Shown here in pieces: positions 26,453-35,968 of a DNA stretch of 64,000 nt. Position 1 is the first letter of the stretch. Every line of letters begins with the position of its first letter. The translations under genes and the position numbers were made by a program. The stretch comes from Candidatus Sumerlaeia bacterium. Lineage in GTDB: Bacteria > Sumerlaeota > Sumerlaeia > MVZB01. Location of the stretch: the NCBI GenBank assembly GCA_039683515.1, contig JBDKRG010000059.1:105003-169002 (forward strand). Direction: 5' to 3'. Under the pieces are notes generated by a model. The model had not been told where the DNA came from. It ran no database searches and was given only the letters and a program-made list of their open reading frames with translations.

Positions 26453-27448
26453 TTATTGAACCCCGTCCGGCACGGCCTGGATCATCTTCTCGATCGCCGG
26501 CGACTTGGACTGGATCTGCTCGACGATCTGGATCGCCACCTCGAGGGCGTTCTGGCCGTGCTCGCCGGTCACCGCCGGCTCGACCCCGTCGCGCACGCAG
26601 CCCGTGAAGTGGTCCAGCTCGCGCCGCAGCGGCTCCTGCTGCTTGAGCTTGATGCGCCGGCGGACGATCTGCGCCCCCGGCTCGCCGTCGGACGCGTCGG
26701 CGATCGTCTCCTTCTGGTGGATCTCCATCGCCTGTTCCTGGTAGTCGATCGACACGTACGTGTTGGGCTGGAAGATGCGGATCTTGCGCATCTTGTTCGG
26801 CGTCACGCGGCTCACCGTCAGGTTGGCCGTGCAGCCGTTGGCGAACTTGATCCTCGCGTTGGCGATGTCCTCGCGCTCGGAGAGGATCGGCACCCCGACG
26901 GCGTCGATCGACACGATCGGCGAGTTGACGAGCTGCAGCACGATGTCGATGTCGTGGATCATGAGGTCGAGGACGACGCCGACGTCGCGCACGCGCGGGT
27001 CGTAGGGCCCGAGCCGGTGGCTCTCGATGAAGCCGGGGTTGGTGAGGACTTCCTGCAGCTTGACGATGGCCGGGTTGAAGCGCTCGATGTGGCCGACCTG
27101 GAGGACCAGGTTGCGTTCGCGCGCCAGCTCGATCAGCTCGCGGGCCTCGGCGACGGTCGTCGTGATCGGTTTCTCGATGAGGACGTGCACGCCGGCGAGG
27201 ATGAAATCCTTGGCCACCATGTAATGCATCGTGGTCGGCACGACGATCGACACGGCGTCGACCTGGCCGATCAGCATCTTGTAGTCGAACAGTGCCTGGG
27301 TGCGGAATTTGTCGGCGAAACGCGTGGCGGCCTTGCGGTCCTTGTCGACCACGGCCACCAGGTCGACATTTTCCATCTCGCTGTAGTTGCGCGCGTGATG
27401 CTGGCCGAGGTGCCCGACCCCCACCACGCCGACCCTGATCTTTCCCAT
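26453..27448 (-). CDS. Gfo/Idh/MocA-family NAD(P)-dependent oxidoreductase (lipid A operon-associated)
   Basis: 'IRVGVVGVGHLGQHHARNY' Rossmann motif and 'HVLIEKPIT'. The stop lies 2 nt before the lpxB start. The start is at 'MGKIRVG'. Confidence 0.85.
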   Translation of the reverse strand: MGKIRVGVVGVGHLGQHHARNYSEMENVDLVAVVDKDRKAATRFADKFRTQALFDYKMLIGQVDAVSIVVPTTMHYMVAKDFILAGVHVLIEKPITTTVAEARELIELARERNLVLQVGHIERFNPAIVKLQEVLTNPGFIESHRLGPYDPRVRDVGVVLDLMIHDIDIVLQLVNSPIVSIDAVGVPILSEREDIANARIKFANGCTANLTVSRVTPNKMRKIRIFQPNTYVSIDYQEQAMEIHQKETIADASDGEPGAQIVRRRIKLKQQEPLRRELDHFTGCVRDGVEPAVTGEHGQNALEVAIQIVEQIQSKSPAIEKMIQAVPDGVQ

Positions 27449-27573
27449 AACGGCGGCAAATCCTTCTGAAAGGCTGGAGCGCGCGCCGGCCGCCCGAAAG
27501 TGACCGCCGCCGCTCAACCGCCCATTGTCACGAAAACCAGCCCCAATCGGCAATTGAAATATGGACGGAGAGG

Positions 27574-27600
27574 CACGGACGGGCACGGACAAGCACAGAT
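27574..27600 (+). repeat. decamer-period repeat GCACGGACNN
   Basis: ggcacggac gggcacggac aagcacagat, in the divergent spacer before the TPP riboswitch. Confidence 0.8.
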
Positions 27601-27667
27601 AATGGCATCACGGCTCGGGCGAAATCGAATCAGTTTGCCTTTGATCGCCTCCCGCGATAGCCTATGG

Positions 27668-27750
27668 GTCTGAGCTGGGGGTGCTGCGCCGAACGGCGCG
27701 GCTGAGAGAGTCCCTTCGAACCTGATCCGGGTAATGCCGGCGCAGGGAAA
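27668..27750 (+). promoter_or_regulatory. TPP (THI-box) riboswitch aptamer
   Basis: gggggtgc...ggCTGAGAgagtcccttcgaACCTGATCcGGgTAATgCCggCGcAGGGAA matches the conserved TPP aptamer cores (CUGAGA; ACCUGAUCUGGAUAAUGCCAGCG). It lies directly upstream of thiC. Confidence 0.88.
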
Positions 27751-27780
27751 GCTTTCCGGCTTTCTTTCCCCCACACTTAA

Positions 27781-29706
<1,926 letters not shown>

Positions 29707-29728
29707 TATTTACGCTGGTTTGGGAAAT

Positions 29729-31396
29729 TTATTGATAATCCACCCAATCTCGCGCCGCGTTGTGGATCTTCTCGGCATAGACCCCCAGCGATCCCTTGGC
29801 GCCGAATTTGCTTGCCAGGAATACCACCCGGTCATTTTCGGCCCACAACAGCCCCGCGACCGCGAAACCTTTCCCAACCAGGTCGAGTGAATATGTGCCG
29901 CGCGGGCTGCCGTCGCTAATCCATATTTCCAGGTGATTGCTCGTCGGATGGCGCGCAACGAACACGAATTGATCGCTGTCCGGAATCACCTTACAGTTCC
30001 CAGACAGGCTCTTTGTTGTCGAGGGATCGCACTCCTTGAGCTTGACCGTCCCCGCCGCGGTCAGGTCGGTCACCCACGGTTCCTGCACATGCGTGGCGTC
30101 GCTCGCGACGAAGTAATAGCGCCCCTTGCCAATCGGCAACAATCTTCCCGTCGGCGCAGACGGATCTGAATAGATTGACGCGAGCCCGTATGACCCGAAC
30201 GCGGTAAATCCCTTGCAGACCCGCGTGACGGTGGTTCCCTGGTCGCATCGCCAGATGCCCCACCCGTCCGCGCTGGTCGACGCCATGAAAATCATGGTCT
30301 GACCAATGTTGAATTCAGGGGACACGCTGTCGAACTCGGGGCCGATTTGACGAATCGAACAAGGCGGAGACGCCGAAAACCGCCACATCCGCACCTTGCC
30401 TCCCGATTTCGCGAAGAAGTCGAGCGATGACGGTGTCGGAACGCCGCACACATACGATCCGACCGTGACGGGGCTCGGAAGCATGGCCGCGGGTTGTGCG
30501 CCGTAGAGGTCGTAGAACTGGATATCCGACCCATACACCAGCGCCAGAACCGGATGGTTTCCCAGGATCGCGAACTGCGCCGGGGCCGGGGCTCCACCCG
30601 GTCCCATCGAAATGGACGCATACGTCGCCAGGGTCGGGGATGTCTTTGTGGCGTCCCAGACATGAATGACGGCCTGCGGGACCTGTGATCCGTACTCATT
30701 GATGTAATACTTGTTGTTAAAAACGCCGAGCACGCCGCTCAGACTGGCACCCGGGGTATTCGGCTTGATCGTGTAGCGCCTGAACCGCTTCATGTCGAAC
30801 AGGCCATACTCGATCGAACTGGCGTATGGCGTCCACCAGAAATAATTGATCGGCATGATGTTGCCGACCACGGAACCGTAATTCAAGTGCCCGGTTCCAA
30901 TCGTGCTGCCATGGTATTCGAACGCGAGTTTGCCCGTTGGCAAATGGATCAGGTACACGAAATAGCCGTGCATGAACCCGCTGATTACGCCGACATTCAG
31001 AAAATCACCAATCCGAATCATATAATCGATGTGCGACATGCCGCCCGCGTATTCGCCTAACCGGCGGATCGTGCGCCCATCACTCACCCAGACACTCTGC
31101 ATCGAGCCGTCCTCAGGGGTCGCGAAACATATATAATCCGAATTGCATACTGCGGTTGAGAAGCTGGTCTCTTCGGTCCCAAGGAGCGCCCGATTCAGCT
31201 TCACAATCCGCTTGGGCTCGGTCCCGGTATAGGCATAACTGTTCTGAAACCCGACATAGGCATAACCCTCGAGCGTGCCGTAATAGGTGACCCGCGTGGT
31301 GTCGGTCGTAACCGGGATCAACAACTGAGTCCGCGCAGACACGGAAAAAGGAAACAGGGCAAAAATCAGGGATATGAGAATGCAGTGCTTGATCAT
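29729..31396 (-). CDS. secreted repeat protein, ELWxxDGT-like beta-propeller candidate, lower GC than surroundings
   Basis: Signal peptide 'MIKHCILISLIFALFPFSVSA'. Motifs 'SVWVSDGRT', 'EPWVTDLTAAGT' and 'EIWISDGSPRGT' resemble ELWxxDGT repeats. Strong SD AAGGAGGT. Confidence 0.5.
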   Translation of the reverse strand: MIKHCILISLIFALFPFSVSARTQLLIPVTTDTTRVTYYGTLEGYAYVGFQNSYAYTGTEPKRIVKLNRALLGTEETSFSTAVCNSDYICFATPEDGSMQSVWVSDGRTIRRLGEYAGGMSHIDYMIRIGDFLNVGVISGFMHGYFVYLIHLPTGKLAFEYHGSTIGTGHLNYGSVVGNIMPINYFWWTPYASSIEYGLFDMKRFRRYTIKPNTPGASLSGVLGVFNNKYYINEYGSQVPQAVIHVWDATKTSPTLATYASISMGPGGAPAPAQFAILGNHPVLALVYGSDIQFYDLYGAQPAAMLPSPVTVGSYVCGVPTPSSLDFFAKSGGKVRMWRFSASPPCSIRQIGPEFDSVSPEFNIGQTMIFMASTSADGWGIWRCDQGTTVTRVCKGFTAFGSYGLASIYSDPSAPTGRLLPIGKGRYYFVASDATHVQEPWVTDLTAAGTVKLKECDPSTTKSLSGNCKVIPDSDQFVFVARHPTSNHLEIWISDGSPRGTYSLDLVGKGFAVAGLLWAENDRVVFLASKFGAKGSLGVYAEKIHNAARDWVDYQ

Positions 31397-31836
31397 GATT
31401 GCACCTCCTTGAAGGATGCGAACAACTGCGAGAGCGAAACAGCCGAACGGGATGCACGGGCAGGGCGTTCATCCTTCCCGCGCATGCGAAATGAATAAAT
31501 AAGCCGATCGGGAAGAGAAGAGCGCACAGCCCCGCCATGAGAAAACCTCCTTTCAGATGGATGCCACGAAAGATTTTTATGCCGCCGCCGGGTTCAAAGT
31601 CAATGAATATTATTTTTTGATCTCATTGCATTTATAATAAGTCTCAAATAGAATGGATTTTCAAGGTTCCATATTCAAATACTATGAATAATAATATATA
31701 ATGTTATGTTTTGTCGGATAACGCAAAAGGGGACATATCGGCAGAATTCGGCCGCGGCCAGAACACGAAAACGTACAATTTTCACCTTGTGGATTAATCG
31801 CGAACTGCCCGACAAGGGGACCAATCGATTGTGACA

Positions 31837-31866
31837 CTTTTCGCTTTGCCGCTTTTCGCTTTGCCG
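31837..31866 (+). repeat. 15-nt perfect tandem duplication
   Basis: cttttcgctttgccg x2, about 70 nt upstream of the DUF2167-like gene. Confidence 0.9.
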
Positions 31867-31935
31867 CTTGACTCTGTCATTTCCGGGCCGTATCTTTCCC
31901 CTTTCATCGAGTCCCATTCAGAGGAAGGTCTGCAC

Positions 31936-32787
31936 ATGAAGATCCTCACCCGGGCACTGGCAACTTTTCTGCTTTTCGCCAACCTGGCCGTGTTCGCGCA
32001 GGATGACGCCGACACGTCGAAAACCACGGTCGAAAAGATCGAGTCGCAACTGAAGCTCAAATTCCAGAAGGGGCCCGGCGTCGGCAATCTCGGCGGCGCC
32101 GCCGAGATCAAGATCCCGGAAGGATTCGTGTTCCTCGAGGCCAAGGACACGCAGACCCTGCTGGAGGCGATGGAAAACCCGACCGGCGGCGACGAACTCG
32201 GCTTCATCGCCCCCGCCAGCCTCGACTGGTTCGTCGTGTTCGAGTTCGACGACAGCGGCTACGTCAAGGACGACGAAAAGGGCAACCTCGACGCCGACAA
32301 GATGCTCGAATCCATGAAGCGCGGCAACAAGGAAGGCAACAAGGAGCGCAAGCGGCGCGGCTGGGCGGAGCTGAACCTCATCGGCTGGGAGATCAAGCCC
32401 GCCTACAACGACCAGACGCACAACCTGGAGTGGGCGATCAAGTGCGAGAGCGCAGGGAAGATGGTCATCAACCACAACACGCGCGTCCTGGGCCGCAAGG
32501 GCGTGATGGAAGTGACGCTCGTCGCCGGACCCGAGGAACTCGCCCCGAACCTGCCCAAGTTCCGCGAGGTGCTCACCGGGTTCGATTACAAGTCCGGCAA
32601 CAAATACGCCGAATACCGGCAGGGCGACAAGATCGCCGAATACGGCCTCACCGCGCTCGTCGTTGGCGGCGCCTCGGCCGTCGCGCTCAAGTCGGGCGCG
32701 TTCAAGGGGCTGTGGAAACTCATCGTCCTGGCCATCGCCGGCATCGGCGGCCTCTTGGGGAAACTTTTCGGCCGCAAGTCCGAATGA
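31936..32787 (+). CDS. DUF2167-like membrane-anchored protein
   Basis: The ATG is preceded by GAGGAAGG. It has signal peptide 'MKILTRALATFLLFANLAVFA'. 'GWEIKPAYNDQTHNLEWAI' and 'NHNTRVLGRKGV' match my recollection of the DUF2167 family. Two C-terminal TM helices. Confidence 0.55.
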   Translation: MKILTRALATFLLFANLAVFAQDDADTSKTTVEKIESQLKLKFQKGPGVGNLGGAAEIKIPEGFVFLEAKDTQTLLEAMENPTGGDELGFIAPASLDWFVVFEFDDSGYVKDDEKGNLDADKMLESMKRGNKEGNKERKRRGWAELNLIGWEIKPAYNDQTHNLEWAIKCESAGKMVINHNTRVLGRKGVMEVTLVAGPEELAPNLPKFREVLTGFDYKSGNKYAEYRQGDKIAEYGLTALVVGGASAVALKSGAFKGLWKLIVLAIAGIGGLLGKLFGRKSE

Positions 32788-32794
32788 GCAGGCC

Positions 32795-33964
32795 ATGAGC
32801 GACGGACAAAAGCTTTTACTGATCCTGATACTCCTCTACGGCTTCGACTGCCTGGTGTGGATCGGCAGGCGCACGGTCCTGTTTTCCTCGGCGTGGATGA
32901 ACCGCCGACGGGCAGGGTTCGCCGCCGATTTCTTCGGCAACAGCTCGGGGAGCGTGGCGATCCTCAACCCGCTCCCCTTCCTCGAGCCGAACTACCTGGC
33001 CCACTGGCCGCCGGTGTCGATCTCGCCCGAGGGCGTCTGCTCGCTTGCCGTCGAGGCCTTCCCCGGCGGCGACGCCGGGGGCGCCGCCGAAACGCTCGGT
33101 TTCGAGGCGATCGCGAAGTCGGGAACCGACGGCAAGCGCCTCCTGCTGAACGGGGCGCGGTTCGCCATGTGCGGCAGCGAGGAAGAGGCCAGGGCGATTG
33201 CCGGGCTCGTGAGGCGGCTCGGGGCGGCGCCGAAGCACGAGCGCGAGAACATCATCCGCGCCGAACTGGCCGCCCAGTTCAATCGCACGCGGGCCGTTCG
33301 GATGCTCCGGATCATCACGCCGCGGGCCAACGCGCTGCGCCGGGCCGGGACCGCGCTGTTCGCGTTTCTCTACGTCGCCGCCCCGGTCGCGTCTTATTTC
33401 TACGGGGTTGCCAACCTCGTGATCCCGGCCGGGATCGTGATGTTCCTGGCGGCGTGGTCGATCGGCGCCTGTTACTACCGCGCCGACCGGGCGCTCCACC
33501 CGGCGCGGGTTTCCGACCGGATCGCGAACCTCGTCAACATGTGCATCTGCGCGCCGGCCGCGATCAGGGCGGCCGATTTCCTCACGCTTCGCTCGATGAA
33601 CCGGTTCCATCCCGTTCTGCTGGCCGACCTGCTCCTCGGCGAGGACGGCCTCGCTTTCGCGCAAATCGTCGTGCGGAATCTGAAGTACCCGGGCCGCCGC
33701 GACACCTGCGACCCGGTTGCCGCCGCGATTGTCCGGTGGCAGAGGGACCTGCAGCTCGAGGCGTGCGCGGAGTTCGTTGAGAAGCGCCATCAGATTTCGG
33801 TCGAGGAGCTGCTGGTTCAGCCCCAGTGGGACGGCGGCTCGGCGGCGTACTGCCCGCGGTGCCTGGCGCAATACCCCGCCGCCGGCGAGTGCATGGACTG
33901 CCCGGGGACCGAACTGATCCCGTTCAAGACCGCCCAAGAAACGGAGGCGATCCATGAGTCGTGA
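32795..33964 (+). CDS. hypothetical polytopic membrane protein with C-terminal Cys4 zinc-ribbon
   Basis: It starts 8 nt after the previous stop. It has an N-terminal TM helix and central TM helices, and a C-terminal 'CPRCLAQYPAAGECMDCPG'. Confidence 0.5.
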   Translation: MSDGQKLLLILILLYGFDCLVWIGRRTVLFSSAWMNRRRAGFAADFFGNSSGSVAILNPLPFLEPNYLAHWPPVSISPEGVCSLAVEAFPGGDAGGAAETLGFEAIAKSGTDGKRLLLNGARFAMCGSEEEARAIAGLVRRLGAAPKHERENIIRAELAAQFNRTRAVRMLRIITPRANALRRAGTALFAFLYVAAPVASYFYGVANLVIPAGIVMFLAAWSIGACYYRADRALHPARVSDRIANLVNMCICAPAAIRAADFLTLRSMNRFHPVLLADLLLGEDGLAFAQIVVRNLKYPGRRDTCDPVAAAIVRWQRDLQLEACAEFVEKRHQISVEELLVQPQWDGGSAAYCPRCLAQYPAAGECMDCPGTELIPFKTAQETEAIHES

Positions 33965-34196
33965 GGACCTGATCCTGATCGGAACCGTCATCGTGGCGTT
34001 CGTGATCGGTTACGCGGTCGTAAGCGTGATCATCGCGTTCATCAAAACGCCCCGGTTCAAGCCCGAGGACGAGCAGGCGAAGCCGCTCGAGGAGGGCGAG
34101 CTGCCGCTCCTCGAAGACCCGACGCGGGACCCGAAATACACCTCCTCCGGCTACGGCGACCGATACGGCGCCCGGCAGCCGCCGAGGCAAGAGTAG
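33954..34196 (+). CDS. hypothetical 80-aa single-pass membrane protein
   Basis: It overlaps the previous gene by 11 nt. TM 'LILIGTVIVAFVIGYAVVSVIIAFI' followed by an acidic/Pro-rich tail. Confidence 0.45.
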   Translation: MSREDLILIGTVIVAFVIGYAVVSVIIAFIKTPRFKPEDEQAKPLEEGELPLLEDPTRDPKYTSSGYGDRYGARQPPRQE

Positions 34197-34270
34197 GGTT
34201 GGGCCGGAGCGCGAAATACCCTCCGGCGGCACTTTCATGCGGCCATGCCATCCCGGCTGAAATCAAGTGC

Positions 34271-34301
34271 TTGACGGTCGGGCGAGGATTTGGTTTATAA
34301 G
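34271..34301 (+). promoter_or_regulatory. promoter candidate for the Y1 transposase gene
   Basis: TTGACG (34271-76) ... TTTATAAG (34294-34301), followed by hairpin CGGGGAC-N15-GTCCCCG just before the ATG. Confidence 0.4.
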
Positions 34302-34333
34302 CGGGGACAGTCACTGGATCGGAGTCCCCGCAC

Positions 34334-35020
34334 ATGCCCCGCATCGCCCGTTTTGTCCTGCCCGGCCACGCCCACCACATCCTCCAGCGCGGCAATAACG
34401 ATCAGCCCGTATTCCTTTCGGACGAGGATCGGATGGCGTATCTGGAGCTCCTGCGCGACGAGTCCGAGCGCCACGGCCTGCACATCCTAGGCTACTGCCT
34501 CATGGACACGCACCTGCACCTGGTCGCGATCCCGACCGAGGCCGAGTCGCTCGCCCGGGCCGTCGGCCGGGCGCACTTCCGCTATGCGCAGCAGTTCAAC
34601 CTCGCCCACCAGCGCGGCGGGCATTTCTGGAACAACCGGTTCCACTCGTGCCTGCTCGAAGGGCCGTGCACGCTGGCGGCGCTGCGGCTGATCGAGCGGA
34701 ACCCGGTCCGCGCCGGCTCGGTCAAGCAGCCGTGGCAATGGCCGTGGTCGAGCGCCTCGGCGCATTTGGGCGAAATCGACTTCAGCGGCCTGATCGACCC
34801 CGAGCGCTGGTCGGCGCTGTCGCACGGCCGTGACTGGCGCAACGAGCTCAAGCGCAAAGACGACGAGGCCGAGCTCAAGCGGCTGCGCCTGGCGACCAGC
34901 ACCGGCCGGCCGTGGACCAGCGAGGCGTTCCTGAAGAAACTGGAAAACGACCTGGGCAAGCGGTTCCACGCGCTCGCCCCGGGCCGGCCCAAAAAGAAAA
35001 CCGAAACAGCCGTGGCGTAA
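34334..35020 (+). mobile_element. IS200-like Y1 transposase, REP-associated tyrosine transposase (RAYT)-type, solitary
   Basis: 'HAHHILQRGNNDQPVF' (HuH region), 'GLHILGYCLMDTHLHLV', 'YAQQFNLAHQRGGHFWNNRFHS' (catalytic Tyr region). No partner tnpB and no obvious IS ends. Confidence 0.8.
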
Positions 35021-35039
35021 CCGGCCGGACCATCAACAG

Positions 35040-35081
35040 AAAAAGCCGCCGGACTCTCAAGAGCCCGGCGGCTTTGGTTTT
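35040..35081. terminator. bidirectional rho-independent terminator
   Basis: AAAAAGCCGCCGG...CCCGGCGGCTTTGGTTTT, between the convergent transposase and lipoprotein genes. Confidence 0.75.
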
Positions 35082-35082
35082 G

Positions 35083-35125
35083 ATTCCGCAATCCGCAATC
35101 CGCAATCCGCAATCGGCGCAATCGG
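35083..35125 (+). repeat. heptamer tandem repeat AATCCGC (x4-6)
   Basis: attccgcaatccgcaatccgcaatccgcaatcggcgcaatcgg. It uses the same unit as the array at 4975. Confidence 0.9.
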
Positions 35126-35126
35126 C

Positions 35127-35762
35127 CTACTTTTCCATGCGCTCGAGGGTGACGACGTTGCGCTGGAGTTCGCCCTTGAGGGGGGTCTCTTCGATCGCGG
35201 TGACGGTGCGGCCGTCGCCGGCGATCACGAAGGAGAAGCGGGTCTGGCCCTGCTGCGCGCGAAGCATCTTGCCGGTCCACTCGGCCTGGAGGACGGTCGG
35301 CAGCTCGCCGCGGCCGAACAGCGTCACCGTGTAGCCGGGGTATTTCGGCGTGAACGCGTAGTAGACCATCATGTGGCCGCTGGTGGCGGGGCGGTAGACG
35401 CCCGTGAATTCCATCGGCGCCTGGGTCGGCAGGTACCGGTCGATGACCGGCTTGCGGAAATTAAAGATGTAGTAGCCGGTTTCGGGGATCTGCTCGATGT
35501 CGTGAAGCTTGAAGCCCTCCTTGGAGAGCTGATCCATCGAGTGGTTCAGCGCGCCGGCGGGGAGGGTCCGCTCGGTCAGGACCTGCAGCGGCAGCGGGGC
35601 TTCCATCGTCGTGGGAAGGGGCTGGCCGGCCTGGAACACGCGGTAGCGGTATTCGAACGCCTCGGTCGGCGAGGCAGGCGGCAGAATGCGGCAGCCGGCG
35701 AGCAGGAGCAGGACGCAGACGGCGGCCAGATTGCGACAGCAACGGAGAACTTGCGCGTTCAT
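35127..35762 (-). CDS. hypothetical lipoprotein
   Basis: 'AAVCVLLLLAGCRILPP' is a lipobox. No other motif was recognised. Confidence 0.6.
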   Translation of the reverse strand: MNAQVLRCCRNLAAVCVLLLLAGCRILPPASPTEAFEYRYRVFQAGQPLPTTMEAPLPLQVLTERTLPAGALNHSMDQLSKEGFKLHDIEQIPETGYYIFNFRKPVIDRYLPTQAPMEFTGVYRPATSGHMMVYYAFTPKYPGYTVTLFGRGELPTVLQAEWTGKMLRAQQGQTRFSFVIAGDGRTVTAIEETPLKGELQRNVVTLERMEK

Positions 35763-35856
35763 GAGATCCCTCGACTGATAGAATGACGGACACGCCCGGC
35801 CGGGCCGGCGCGATCATATGATGACACAGTAACCGAGCCGCATGGAAAGTCAAGAA

Positions 35857-35968
35857 GATGAATGATGAATGATGAGAGATGAATGATGAATAAGAGAAAA
35901 GAAATTCGCCTTCATCCTTCAAGCATTCATATTCTTTCATCATTCCTCATTCATCATTCATCATTCAG
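35857..35968. repeat. inverted arrays of heptamer GATGAAT
   Basis: Left arm is gatgaatgatgaatgatgagagatgaatgatgaat. Right arm is ttcatcattcctcattcatcattcatcattc. The right arm includes the last codons (NDE-stop) of the 35954..36718 gene. Confidence 0.85.

Noticed and set aside
29729-29760. Similar C-terminal tails, '...KKNAAEPGWLGAR' (M23 protein, ends 961) and '...IHNAARDWVDYQ' (ELWxxDGT-like protein), as a possible sorting signal.
   Set aside because: There are only two examples with weak similarity (N-A-A-x-x(x)-W). Other secreted proteins in the window end differently. This is not enough evidence.
31113-31538. A minus-strand ORF starting at 31538 with an excellent SD (AAGGAGG, 7 nt upstream) and a hydrophobic N-terminus 'MAGLCALLFPIGLFIHFACAG'.
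   Set aside because: As drawn it overlaps the first ~280 nt of the ELWxxDGT-like gene in another frame, and that gene has its own strong SD and signal peptide. It may be a short upstream peptide or a remnant. I cannot support it as a 141-aa gene.
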